NCBI GenBank assembly: GCA_021800275.1
Contig: JAJYZB010000001.1
Span: 392,624-456,623, forward strand
DNA: 64,000 nt
Origin: a bacterium
GTDB lineage: Bacteria > Vulcanimicrobiota > JABDET01
Direction of reading: 5' to 3'
Position numbers and translations under genes: made by a program. Under the pieces are notes generated by a model. It was not told where the DNA came from and ran no database searches. It was given only the letters and a program-made list of their open reading frames with translations. Position 1 is the first letter of the stretch. Each line of letters opens with the position of its first letter. Below, in pieces: positions 28,485 to 38,456 of the stretch.

Positions 28485-30809
28485 TTATCTCATCCGCTTC
28501 AATCCCTGCAAAAGATGGTCTGCTTCTCGCAGATCTTCTTTTCCCTCAAGATCAGGAGAAAATCTAATTTGCTCATAAATTTGAATGATCTTCATCACTC
28601 TTTCTTTCATCTCTTTTTCTTCAATTTTTTCAATTAATTCTAACGGGGTTTCAGAAATTGTTCTCTTATACCCCCTTCTAGCTAGGAACCGCTCCAATTT
28701 CCGATAAAAAACTCGAACTTTTTTTCTGGAAATATCTGAAGGCTTCACAGATGATTTTTTGAATCGTTTCCAGGGGGTGAAATTCTTCCAATGAAACTTC
28801 AACTTTTGAGCGGCAAAAAATAAATACAACAAAATTCCAGCAGCAAAAACAGATCCAGCAAATTCAATCCAATTGTCCACCTGTTCCAGATCCCTCCTGG
28901 AAACTAATGCCTTTACAAGGCTTTTAAAATACTTTAAAACCGTTCCAATTCCAATAAAAACTCCTCGTTTCTGATACGTCGGCATCAGAGAAAATGCAGG
29001 AGAAGAATCAAATGGAATCCATCCAATATCTGGAAAATACACCTCATCCCAGGCATGGGCATCTTTTTCTCTGACCACATATTCCATGGTAAATGGATTA
29101 TAAGATCCTGTCGCATACCCGGTCACCAACCTTGTCGGAATTCCAACACATCGCGCTAAAACAGCAAAAGCTGAGGCGAACTGCTCACAGTATCCTTTCT
29201 TTAAATGAAATAAAAATTGAGACACCGCATCTTCATCTGGCGCTGGAGGAGGAATATCGAGCGTATAAGGAAATTGATGTAAATAATTAAGTATCGCCAT
29301 AATTTTCCCAAACATAGTCCGATGATTTTCAGTAATTTTCTCTGCTAATCTCCTGACTTTATTGGGGAGTTCTTGGGGGAGCTGCAAATAATATTTTTGA
29401 AGATAATAATACCTCAAATAAGTTGATTTTTTAAGTTCTGACATTTGTCTTCCTATTTTCTGAGCCTCTAAACTTCTCTTAGAAGGGATGATAGAGAAAA
29501 GAACCGCTTTTTGTGAAGACTTTATCCGCAAAAACCGCCTGGAAAAATCTATATACATTTTATGCAGATGAACATATCGCAGATCAGGAAGGTATCCAGG
29601 GTTTGCGTTTTTCAAGAGCTGAATCAAGTGAGTTGGCACACGGCTGACCACTGTGTATTCAGTTCCAGGAGAGAGATAAAAAGGCGCAGTCACAGTGTTT
29701 TCAGAGTTTCGATACAGGGTCGAGCTTGGAAAATAAATAGTCGCTGGTTCATAAATAGAAAAAATTAAATTGGGAAGTGAAGCCGTAATATAATAAGTCT
29801 GAATGATTTTTCTTGAATCAGGGTATCCACCCCTTGAATACGCAAGGGTAACTGAATCCGCAAAAAGATTCAGCTGCTCAGCTTTTTGGCGAGTAATGGT
29901 CCATCCATCTCCTGTGTATTTATCAAAAGCCATTCCTCTCCAATAGCCCGGCTCCTGAGATTTAACTTTCATCACGATTTTATTGGAGAGTTTTCCTCTC
30001 AGACTTAAATCTAAATAAGGATTAAATCCAAAATAAGAGTTTGGATTAAATTTGCCATAATCTCTTTTTAATGTAAATAAAGAAGACTGAGATCCTGAGG
30101 CTACCGGATAATCAGGATTAGCTATTTTTCCGTGAAACAAAGAAAAATTTGGCAAATGTATAGAAATTGGAGTAAATTTTAAAGAATAACCTTGAATTCT
30201 TGGGAAAAACAAGAACAAAAACAGACTGACTCCACCCATTAGAATTGAGAAGAAAGCTGTTGAGCGCAGAAAAAGGCTGACAAGCTTTTGAAACTCAAGG
30301 CTTTTAAAATTCAAAACCTGACTGGAAGCATCCAGATAAGTAATAACAAATGACACAATCACAATAAAAATAGCATAAAGGATTAAAAAAAAGCCAAAAC
30401 TCAAGTCAACACTGAAAACGGCAGCTCCTGTCATTAAAACAAATGAAACTAACAGCGAATAAAGTAAATCTTTCCGTGCTGGAGTATCAAAACTGTGGAG
30501 CATTAAAAGCCTGATCAGCAAGTTTGAAAGTGGAACTCGAGGATCGTAAGGTGAAGTGATAATTTGATAAATTCCATGGAATCCTATCCACAACATAATG
30601 ACACCTAAAATTATCCTTAACAAGATAGTCTTTTTATACCGAAAAACCCAACTTATCCATGAGCCTACCAGCACTCCTGAATAAGCTTCAAAGGTTAATC
30701 TTAAAGGCCAGTACTCTTCTCGTAGCAAGGCTGTCAGAGAAACCAGAACCACCAGAACAACGACAATCCTAAGCAGAACTGAATTTTCTGGAGACCTCTT
30801 CATTATCAA
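28485..30809 (-). CDS. Transglutaminase-like membrane protein (DUF3488 N-terminal TM region, TGase core, DUF4129-like C-terminus)
   Basis: GYCEQFASAFAVLARCVGIPTRLVTGY (Cys) and DAHAWDEVYFPDIGWIPFD (His/Asp) form the TGase triad. About six N-terminal TM helices. Confidence 0.8.
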   Translation of the reverse strand: MIMKRSPENSVLLRIVVVLVVLVSLTALLREEYWPLRLTFEAYSGVLVGSWISWVFRYKKTILLRIILGVIMLWIGFHGIYQIITSPYDPRVPLSNLLIRLLMLHSFDTPARKDLLYSLLVSFVLMTGAAVFSVDLSFGFFLILYAIFIVIVSFVITYLDASSQVLNFKSLEFQKLVSLFLRSTAFFSILMGGVSLFLFLFFPRIQGYSLKFTPISIHLPNFSLFHGKIANPDYPVASGSQSSLFTLKRDYGKFNPNSYFGFNPYLDLSLRGKLSNKIVMKVKSQEPGYWRGMAFDKYTGDGWTITRQKAEQLNLFADSVTLAYSRGGYPDSRKIIQTYYITASLPNLIFSIYEPATIYFPSSTLYRNSENTVTAPFYLSPGTEYTVVSRVPTHLIQLLKNANPGYLPDLRYVHLHKMYIDFSRRFLRIKSSQKAVLFSIIPSKRSLEAQKIGRQMSELKKSTYLRYYYLQKYYLQLPQELPNKVRRLAEKITENHRTMFGKIMAILNYLHQFPYTLDIPPPAPDEDAVSQFLFHLKKGYCEQFASAFAVLARCVGIPTRLVTGYATGSYNPFTMEYVVREKDAHAWDEVYFPDIGWIPFDSSPAFSLMPTYQKRGVFIGIGTVLKYFKSLVKALVSRRDLEQVDNWIEFAGSVFAAGILLYLFFAAQKLKFHWKNFTPWKRFKKSSVKPSDISRKKVRVFYRKLERFLARRGYKRTISETPLELIEKIEEKEMKERVMKIIQIYEQIRFSPDLEGKEDLREADHLLQGLKRMR

Positions 30810-31915
30810 TCACCAAAAACGGTGTAAACTCCTTTTTCTCCTAACCAGGAAGACAAACGGGTTGAGGCTTCATTTTTCTTTCCTTCTGAAAATACAAAAG
30901 TAATTCTTGCTCCCTCTTCTAAAAGCCAGTTCACAAACTTCCATGACTCAGATAAAAACTCATTTGGAATGCCCGTAAAAAAAAGTAAATCCTTGCATAT
31001 ATGTAAAAAAGAAAGATCTTTTTTCACCTGCTCGCTTAAAGAAAGAGAACTGTCAGGTTGAATCTCCGCCAGGATTTCGAGGTTCCCCTGCAGACTTTTC
31101 AGTTCCGCCGTTCCTTTCTGAAAAATCCGAACCCAGTGCCCTAATTTAAAAATTTCTTGAACTGCATACGATGCGTGTTTCACACTGGTTTCAAAAGATG
31201 ATCCAGCCCACCTTTGGTCTTGATCCAAGTACAGAGTATAAAGAAAAGGATGAACCTTCATCATTTCTCTAATCATCAGCTTTCCTGTTTTCGCTGAAGA
31301 GGACCAGTGAACACTTCTCAAAGAGTCTCCTGGCAAATATTCTCGAATACCTGCAAACTCTTCCCCATCCCCTCTGCCGGAAACAACCCCTTTTTCAGAA
31401 ATCAAAGGAACAGGAGAAGAAGTTTGAGTTGGAAGAGTAAATGACTTTGAAGAAGGATAAATAATAATTCTTCCCTTGCATGCAATTTTTCTTTTAAATT
31501 CAAAAAATCCGCCAGGCCCAATGCTTTTCAACACAAAATCTCTTAAAGAGTAAACTCCTCTCACCCCTGCTTTTGTTTTATAGGTCATTTCCACAACATT
31601 TTTCCTGGGAAGAAAGGGCAGAAAAAGCGATATCCCTAAAACTTTTTCCTCAATAGATAAAAAATATTTATTAACCCTGGAGAAATTTTCTGCCCGAATT
31701 AAAACATCTAAAATTTCCCCTTCAAAAACAGGCTGAGCGTAAACTTCCATGTTGATTCTGCCCAGAAGAGCGATTCTAGGGAAAACCCAGGCCGTAAAAA
31801 GAAAACTCAGCAGCATGAAATCTAAAACAAAGAGCCAGCCAACTTGAATATTTATGGCAATGAACAAAAGAGAAAAAGCCATGATAAAAAGAACCCACTT
31901 TGCGTATTTCGGCAT
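30806..31915 (-). CDS. DUF58 protein (vWA-like; usually the partner of MoxR ATPase and TGase-like proteins)
   Basis: REYLPGDSLRSVHWSSSAKTGKLMIREM is the DUF58 signature (R-Y-GD-R-I-W). Two N-terminal TM helices. Confidence 0.75.
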   Translation of the reverse strand: MPKYAKWVLFIMAFSLLFIAINIQVGWLFVLDFMLLSFLFTAWVFPRIALLGRINMEVYAQPVFEGEILDVLIRAENFSRVNKYFLSIEEKVLGISLFLPFLPRKNVVEMTYKTKAGVRGVYSLRDFVLKSIGPGGFFEFKRKIACKGRIIIYPSSKSFTLPTQTSSPVPLISEKGVVSGRGDGEEFAGIREYLPGDSLRSVHWSSSAKTGKLMIREMMKVHPFLYTLYLDQDQRWAGSSFETSVKHASYAVQEIFKLGHWVRIFQKGTAELKSLQGNLEILAEIQPDSSLSLSEQVKKDLSFLHICKDLLFFTGIPNEFLSESWKFVNWLLEEGARITFVFSEGKKNEASTRLSSWLGEKGVYTVFGD

Positions 31916-31916
31916 A

Positions 31917-34121
31917 TCAAACTCCTATTTTTTCAATATGGGTTACTCTTCGAATTTGAACAACTTCCTTAATCTGGGATAGTATTTTTATTAACTGCTG
32001 CAATTTGTGAACGTTTTGAATTTCGAGAATCAATCTGATGTTTGCCTGTTCCTGTTTAGCTGATGCCTGACATGTTTTAGCGACAATATTTTCAGCATAA
32101 ATTTTATCCATTACTTCACCTAATAGACCTGGTTTATCCCAGGCTTCAATAACTATTTCAGACTCGTAAACTCCACCGGTAAATTCAGGATTCCAGGCAG
32201 CTTCTAACACCCTTTCTGGAGCATCTTTCTGCAAAACTTTCATGTTGGGACAGGTTTCCTGATGAACGCTTACTCCTTTTCCAATTGTGACATAGCCCAA
32301 TATTCGATCTCCGGGAAGAGGATTGCAGCATTTTGAGAATCGAACCAGCAAGTTGTCTAAGCCCTTAATCAAAACTGCCTGATTTGAGCCAGAACCCTTC
32401 AATTTTCCCTTGCGCGATGGGACAGGCTTCTCTGCTAAACCCGAATATTCCTTAATTTTTGACGCAAGGGATGGGAGGTTGATTTCCCCGTATCCCAGAG
32501 CTTCTAAGAAATCCTCCACTTTCGTAAAATTAGAGGTCTCTGCCAGCTGCTGCACAAAGCCCTCTTTAGTTTTGCCAGGAAATAAATCTTCCTGTCGAGA
32601 CTTAGTTAGAAACTTCTCTAAAACATCTTTTCCTCGGAGTATATTTTCTTCTCTTTTCTCTTTTTTTAACCAGATCCGAATTTTATGTTTGGCGCTTGAA
32701 GTTTTACAAATTTTGAGCCAATCCCAGTTTGGACCAGGTGAAGTTTTACTGGTGATTATCTCAATGATATCCCCATTCTGCAAATGATAGTCTATAGGGA
32801 CCATTCTTCCATTAACTTTTGCTCCAATGCACTGATTGCCAACACCGGTGTGGATCCTATAAGCGAAATCAATAGGAGTCGAACCTGAAGGTAGATCGAA
32901 CACATCCCCTTTAGGAGTGAAAACGAAAACTTGAGTTTCAAGAAAATCTATTTTAAAAGCTTTTACATACTCTCTAGCGCTCTTAACTTCTTCCTGCCAT
33001 TCCTTCAAATACTTAGTCCAGGGAACCGTCATTTTCTCCACATTTTTATCTTTTTGCACCTGTTTATACTGCCAGTGAGCAGCAACCCCATATTCTGCTA
33101 CTCGATGCATTTCCCACGTTCGAATTTGAATTTCAAGGGGTTCGCCTCCAGGTCCATAAACCGTTGTATGCAAAGACTGATATTGATTGCTTTTGGGCTT
33201 GGCAATATAATCTTTTATTCGATCATGAATGGGAAGCCAGAGTCCATGCACAATTCCTAAAACAGCATAACAGTCCTCCACATTATTCACTAGAACTCTT
33301 ACCGCTGTTAAATCATGAATATCCCCAAAACTTTTCCCTTTTCTGACCATTTTCTGCCAGATGCTGTATAAATGTTTCGGTCTTCCTTCAATATGGGCTT
33401 CAATGCCTGACTGTTCCAACCGCTTGTTTAGAGTTTTAACAACGGTCTGAATGTCTTTTTCCCTTTCCGCTCTTCTCTGAGAAACCTGTTTTATGAGTTC
33501 CTGGTAGTGTTCTGATTCCAGATAACTGAAAGCCAGATCTTCTAATTCAGCTTTTATCTGCCAGATGCCAAGTCTGTGCGCCAGAGGGGTAAAAATTTCC
33601 AGAGTTTCTTTAGCAATGAACCTTTGTCTTTCAGGAGATAAATTACACAATGTCCTTAAATTGTGCAGACGGTCCGCCAGTTTTACCAGAATGACCCGAA
33701 TGTCTTTTGCCATTGCAACAAAAATGCGCCTTAAATTTTCAAAATGTTCTTCTTCTTTAGCAAGTCTGGATTCAGGTTTACTATCTTCTTGTCGAATCGT
33801 AATGGAAGTTAATTTAGTCACTCCATCTACAATCAACGCCACCTCAGAGCCAAACTCTTTTTCAATTTCGCGAATCGGAATATTACAATCTTCTACCACG
33901 TCATGAAGAAGAGCAGCGCAAACAGTAGGAGTATCTAACTCTAAATCTGACACGATTTTTGCCGTTTCAATTGGATGGATAATAAAAGGCTCGCCTGACA
34001 TTCGCTTTTGCCCCTCATGCGCTCTAAACGCATATTCGTAAGCCTTTCGAATAACAAGAGCATCTTCTGATGCATGTTCCTTTTTGATTTCTGATAGAAA
34101 CTCGTCAATTGTAGGAATCAC
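31917..34121 (-). CDS. rel: Bifunctional (p)ppGpp synthetase/hydrolase Rel/SpoT
   Basis: The HD domain (HPIETA...LLHDVVED), a synthetase domain with the RxKD motif (RIKDYIAKPKSNQYQSLHTTV), TGS and C-terminal ACT domains are all present. Confidence 0.9.
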   Translation of the reverse strand: MIPTIDEFLSEIKKEHASEDALVIRKAYEYAFRAHEGQKRMSGEPFIIHPIETAKIVSDLELDTPTVCAALLHDVVEDCNIPIREIEKEFGSEVALIVDGVTKLTSITIRQEDSKPESRLAKEEEHFENLRRIFVAMAKDIRVILVKLADRLHNLRTLCNLSPERQRFIAKETLEIFTPLAHRLGIWQIKAELEDLAFSYLESEHYQELIKQVSQRRAEREKDIQTVVKTLNKRLEQSGIEAHIEGRPKHLYSIWQKMVRKGKSFGDIHDLTAVRVLVNNVEDCYAVLGIVHGLWLPIHDRIKDYIAKPKSNQYQSLHTTVYGPGGEPLEIQIRTWEMHRVAEYGVAAHWQYKQVQKDKNVEKMTVPWTKYLKEWQEEVKSAREYVKAFKIDFLETQVFVFTPKGDVFDLPSGSTPIDFAYRIHTGVGNQCIGAKVNGRMVPIDYHLQNGDIIEIITSKTSPGPNWDWLKICKTSSAKHKIRIWLKKEKREENILRGKDVLEKFLTKSRQEDLFPGKTKEGFVQQLAETSNFTKVEDFLEALGYGEINLPSLASKIKEYSGLAEKPVPSRKGKLKGSGSNQAVLIKGLDNLLVRFSKCCNPLPGDRILGYVTIGKGVSVHQETCPNMKVLQKDAPERVLEAAWNPEFTGGVYESEIVIEAWDKPGLLGEVMDKIYAENIVAKTCQASAKQEQANIRLILEIQNVHKLQQLIKILSQIKEVVQIRRVTHIEKIGV

Positions 34122-34125
34122 GACT

Positions 34126-35805
34126 TTAAAATCCCAGGTTCTGTATCTGCTCTTCTATCTGTTCAGGGGAAAGAGTCTGATAACGGGTTGGGAGAAGGTC
34201 TCGGAAAGAACATTCTTTGACACTGATTAACTCCATAAACTTGACCATTGGATCCCGATTTAAAATAAACTGCCCTATCCCTTTTTCTAGATCTTTCTCT
34301 TCAATAGAAGAGCGGTCTTCATCATCAGCATAGCGAGCTGACTGCAGCAAAATAGCCTCAATTTCAGCCCCAGAATATCCTATCAATTTTTTAGAAAACT
34401 TCTCCAGAAAATCGCCTGATAAAGATATCCCATTTTTATGAATCAAAGCTTTTAACAGGGAAAAAACTTCTTCTTTTGTGTCAGGATAAAAAAATGGAAT
34501 TTTTAAGTCAAATCTTCCTGGCCTTTTGAAGGCTTCATCCAGCAAATCAGGGCGATTACACATTCCGATGAAAATAATTTTTCCTCGATGAGTGGTATCC
34601 CCCATAAAGGATATAAGCATAGCAAAAATCCGATTGGAAGTGCCTGAATCCCCTTCTCCACCTCTTTTCCCAAGAGATTGGTCAATTTCATCCACGATCA
34701 CAATAACAGGAGCTAATGCTTTAATAATATTTAAAATTTTTTCCAAATTGGATTCTGTAGAACCAACCCATTTTTCTCTAAAATTTTTCAGTTTCAAGCA
34801 ATTTAAACCGCATTCTTTAGTAAAAGCTTCTCCTAAAAAAGTTTTTCCTGTTCCTGGAGGCCCATCAAACAAAATTCCCATCGGGACCCAACGAGTTCTC
34901 CCTTGTCTAACTGCTCTGGCAGTCTTCAGTAAAATCTTTTTTATTGCTTCGCATCCTCCCACGATTTCAAATCCATGCTGAGGCTCTACAAACTCGACCA
35001 GATTCGAACATTCATTTTCGATAATCGCTTTTTTGCTTTCCCTTACCAGATCATAAGTGATTTTTCCGCCCAGATAAGCTGCTTGACTAAAAATATCCTC
35101 AAGATGAACTCTATTCAATCCTGCTGTTAGAGCAGCTAAAAGTTCTGGGCTAATTTCCTCCAAACTAAATGAGCCTTTTTTCATTCTCCAGGTAATATAA
35201 TCCAATCTTTCCGCCTCTCCAGGGAAAGGAATTTCCAAAATATTCATTTTACTGGTAACATTCCGAAGGGATGGATGCACATCACTCATATTCTCTGTCA
35301 CCAGGATGACAACGCTGTCCGCATTCAAAAGCTGAGGGCTTGAAGCCCAGCGCCTGAGAGTGACTAAATTATTTCGATCTTCTCCCGACATATAAGAAAC
35401 TTCCCCTGAAGGAACAATGGTTTCCACATAATCAATCACAATTCCACAGGAATGAATCGAAAACACAACCTCAAGCAGCGGAAAAACTTTAGAAGGCTCA
35501 TGTGGAAGAGAATTTTGATAGGGATTTAAGGGGCCCAACGCAATGTTTAAAGCCCTTATGAATTTATCTTTCATGTCCGGCTGAGCAAAAGTCAATCCCT
35601 CTGAGCGATTGTAAAAAATCAAAATATCCTTTTTTCCCAGCAAAAACCCTAAAAACTTCCGAAGGGGAAGATATTCCTGCTGATAGGGAACCAGATCATT
35701 AATATTAGAATGCAGCAGAAACTGACTGGCAATACCTGCCAGATACTGCTCCCTGAGTTTCTGAGCCCAAAAGGGAAGAGTTGGAGACTGCACTGGTAAA
35801 TTCAT
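34126..35805 (-). CDS. Classic-clade AAA+ ATPase with an uncharacterised, roughly 290 aa N-terminal domain
   Basis: GILFDGPPGTGKTFLGEAF is Walker A. VIVIVDEIDQ is Walker B. RPGRFD is the second-region-of-homology Arg. It ends 4 bp upstream of rel. Confidence 0.75.
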   Translation of the reverse strand: MNLPVQSPTLPFWAQKLREQYLAGIASQFLLHSNINDLVPYQQEYLPLRKFLGFLLGKKDILIFYNRSEGLTFAQPDMKDKFIRALNIALGPLNPYQNSLPHEPSKVFPLLEVVFSIHSCGIVIDYVETIVPSGEVSYMSGEDRNNLVTLRRWASSPQLLNADSVVILVTENMSDVHPSLRNVTSKMNILEIPFPGEAERLDYITWRMKKGSFSLEEISPELLAALTAGLNRVHLEDIFSQAAYLGGKITYDLVRESKKAIIENECSNLVEFVEPQHGFEIVGGCEAIKKILLKTARAVRQGRTRWVPMGILFDGPPGTGKTFLGEAFTKECGLNCLKLKNFREKWVGSTESNLEKILNIIKALAPVIVIVDEIDQSLGKRGGEGDSGTSNRIFAMLISFMGDTTHRGKIIFIGMCNRPDLLDEAFKRPGRFDLKIPFFYPDTKEEVFSLLKALIHKNGISLSGDFLEKFSKKLIGYSGAEIEAILLQSARYADDEDRSSIEEKDLEKGIGQFILNRDPMVKFMELISVKECSFRDLLPTRYQTLSPEQIEEQIQNLGF

Positions 35806-35959
35806 TCTGAATTGTTTTTCTCATTAAACCTATGATTTACCTCTATTAAGGGTTAGATTAAAGCCAGGATGACAGCAGGCATCTATCCCATCAGGAATTG
35901 ACATTCCTATGAATGTCATCTTCCTGCGAGATGATGATTAAAGAGACGTTCGCGTCTCG

Positions 35960-35991
35960 AAAAAAAAGAAGCCAGGAAATTTTCTGGCTTC
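35960..35991 (-). terminator. Rho-independent terminator after the minus-strand repeat-protein gene
   Basis: On the minus strand the hairpin GAAGCCAG-N8-CTGGCTTC (35968-35991) is followed by T8 (35960-35967). It lies about 25 nt downstream of the stop at 36016. Confidence 0.45.
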
Positions 35992-36015
35992 TGACTGCAG
36001 CAAATTAAATTAACT

Positions 36016-36612
36016 TTATCTTAAATGCTTGGCTCTTTCAGTTAAAACCTCAGCCTGTCCTTTGGAAAGTTTTCCTTTTTTTTCAGCCTGCTGAATTCTA
36101 GAGAACAATTCTTGATGAGCTCTGACTGAACTCAGTTTGTGGTTTCTCACTTCCTGCCACAGTTGATGCACCTGCTGATAATACCAGCGGTTAGCGGGGC
36201 TAACGGTGTGAAGCTCTCGATTCATCGGGACTGCTTTCTTCAGCATCGTCATTCCCTTTTTGCGACTCATTGGCACAGCTTTGGTATAACTCTTTTTCAT
36301 CCAGACCCCTTCATGAGGATCTCCAGCTGCCACTGCTCTATGAGTCAGAGCCATTCCCTGAGTCTTAGTAAGCTTACCCTGCATTTCAGCTTTTTTAATG
36401 CCTGAAAGCAGTTCTTGATGCGCCTGTTTCCAGGTCAGTTTATGCATCTTGACTGCAGTAGAGAGATCTCGGACTTCTGTGTAATACCAGCGATTCGCTG
36501 GACTCATCACTTTTGCTGAGCGGCTGAACTTTTTAGGCATAACCACAGCGGCAAACCCAAATGAGTTAAGAACAAAGAAGATAACAAAGAGATATCCTAG
36601 TAGTTTCTTCAT
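36016..36612 (-). CDS. Secreted protein made of two divergent tandem repeats of about 75 aa
   Basis: Signal peptide. The block SPANRWYY..V..L...V..HKL....AHQEL.S.I..AE..GKL.K.Q...LT.RA occurs twice. Confidence 0.5.
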   Translation of the reverse strand: MKKLLGYLFVIFFVLNSFGFAAVVMPKKFSRSAKVMSPANRWYYTEVRDLSTAVKMHKLTWKQAHQELLSGIKKAEMQGKLTKTQGMALTHRAVAAGDPHEGVWMKKSYTKAVPMSRKKGMTMLKKAVPMNRELHTVSPANRWYYQQVHQLWQEVRNHKLSSVRAHQELFSRIQQAEKKGKLSKGQAEVLTERAKHLR

Positions 36613-36750
36613 CTTTTCACCTCCTTTCTTATAGAAGCTAAAGCTACCTTTTTATACCCATGAACAATATTTATTAAACAAATCTATTTTTAACTTCTAA
36701 AATTACGCATTATCTCGTTTTTGAAAAATCTAACTTCTTTGCAAAATTCT

Positions 36751-37503
36751 TTATGAATTTAAATTCGACAAGATTCCTCCAGTGCCTCGCGTGATCTCTT
36801 CTGTGGCTTCCACTTCTGCCAGAAGAGTATTCAAGCTTTTTGAAACATCCATGCCAGCTTTTGTTTCAAGAGTTTGATCCAGAACTAACTGCAGCGTATT
36901 CTCAATCTCTGATAGTTTTATCTCCATCTTTTTAGCTAGAGCTTGAATATTCAGCAAATGTTCCTGGCGTTTTTTTAAAATTTCGACATTCTTTTGGATG
37001 CCCTGTTTTTCGTCAATTTGCTCTGTCTTTTTTTCTTCATTTAAAAGGTCTTGAATTTCTTTCTGTACTTTTTGAATTTCGGGGTCAGGAGCATATTCAT
37101 GGTATTGATCCTTTAAGGCTAAAAATTTTAAATAAGACAAAAAAACTTCATTAACCTTTTCGGATGAATCCAAAGAACCGGATTTCTGAATTTGTATCCT
37201 GATTTTATCTAAATTTTGACATCTCATTAAACTATCGGGCTTAAGATTTTTGCTCAGTTCCTGCAGTTTTAAATTATATTTCTGTTCCTTTACCTGGCCT
37301 AACTCCTGCGCAGCCTGCTTCTTTATAAAAGGCAGCCCTGGAGCTATTCCAAGATAAACTGCTTCTGCGCTGAAAGCAAACAAAAGAGGAGCCAGGTGTC
37401 CTACTAATCCTGACAAAAGAACAGCCACTGCTAAACCTCCGTAATTCAGCGGTTCTAGAAAAGCTTTCCCTACAAGACTTAACCAGGAAGGCTTTTCATT
37501 CAT
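36751..37503 (-). CDS. Hypothetical membrane-anchored coiled-coil protein downstream of pspA
   Basis: Two N-terminal TM helices, then a K/E-rich coiled coil. Same strand as PspA and 22 bp downstream of it. Confidence 0.4.
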   Translation of the reverse strand: MNEKPSWLSLVGKAFLEPLNYGGLAVAVLLSGLVGHLAPLLFAFSAEAVYLGIAPGLPFIKKQAAQELGQVKEQKYNLKLQELSKNLKPDSLMRCQNLDKIRIQIQKSGSLDSSEKVNEVFLSYLKFLALKDQYHEYAPDPEIQKVQKEIQDLLNEEKKTEQIDEKQGIQKNVEILKKRQEHLLNIQALAKKMEIKLSEIENTLQLVLDQTLETKAGMDVSKSLNTLLAEVEATEEITRGTGGILSNLNS

Positions 37504-37524
37504 GAGGGAGCGTGAGAAAAAAAA

Positions 37525-38277
37525 CTATGCCCCAGGAGGTTTTTCTTCAATTTTCATTGGCTCCATGGTTTTTTGGGGCTGAGAGCCAGTCTGGTCAATG
37601 GCAGGGGTTGGGGGAAGCAGTCCCATCTGTTTTTTATATTCTAAAAGCTGAGCTTGAACTTCAACATTAGAACTGGACTGTTCAAGAGTAGCAAGCTGTC
37701 CCTGAGCGCTGGAGGTTCCCAAATCTATCATGGCTTCTGCCCGTGAAGACCGTTCTCTGATTTTCTCTTTCATTCTATCCAGAGTGTCTGAATCGCCGGA
37801 CGCTGAAAAACTCTGCATGGTCTGAGCCACTCGTTCCTGCATTTTTGCTCTGCGATTTTCAGCGATTAACTGCATTCTTTCATTCGATTTCTGCTGAAAA
37901 TTCAGCTGCGCCTGCTGAAGCTGCTGTTTCACTAAAGTTGACTGCTGTCGAGCTTTCTCTAATTGGGCTTTCAAGCTGGTCAAATTTGTCTGTTCGGAAT
38001 TTTTTTGAGCAATTAACGAAGCGGCCAGATCATCTCTTCCTGCCTGAACTGCAGTTCTAACCTGATTATCCAGTTCAACCAGCTTGTTTTGCGATGTTTC
38101 TACACCATGTTGAAGTTCTTTTTCATAAGCCACTACACCCACAGCATCATTCTGCATTTTTCCTATTTGCGCCCTCTGATCTTCAATCCACTGATTTAAA
38201 ATCAACTCTGGATCTTCAGCTTTCCCAATAGCCCATCCAAACCAAGAACGGATGACTCGCATCAATCTCTTAAACAT
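37525..38277 (-). CDS. pspA: PspA/IM30 (phage-shock protein A / Vipp1) family protein
   Basis: MFKRLMRVIRSWFGWAIGKAEDPELILNQWIEDQRAQIGKMQ is the canonical PspA N-terminus. The start is probably the internal ATG 38275-38277. Confidence 0.8.
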   Translation of the reverse strand: MFKRLMRVIRSWFGWAIGKAEDPELILNQWIEDQRAQIGKMQNDAVGVVAYEKELQHGVETSQNKLVELDNQVRTAVQAGRDDLAASLIAQKNSEQTNLTSLKAQLEKARQQSTLVKQQLQQAQLNFQQKSNERMQLIAENRRAKMQERVAQTMQSFSASGDSDTLDRMKEKIRERSSRAEAMIDLGTSSAQGQLATLEQSSSNVEVQAQLLEYKKQMGLLPPTPAIDQTGSQPQKTMEPMKIEEKPPGA

Positions 38278-38456
38278 TTCATTCCTCCTTAGGGACCACC
38301 TCAAAACTTACCAGAAGATAAGTTTCTTGAAAACACTGTCAGCATCCTTCACTTTTTAAACAGCCCGATTAAAAAAGAGATCATTTCTAGCTTTTTTCTT
38401 CTTATGATAAAAGACTTCGAGCAGGAATCTCTTTTCTAAAATTTGAATTTTGAGCC

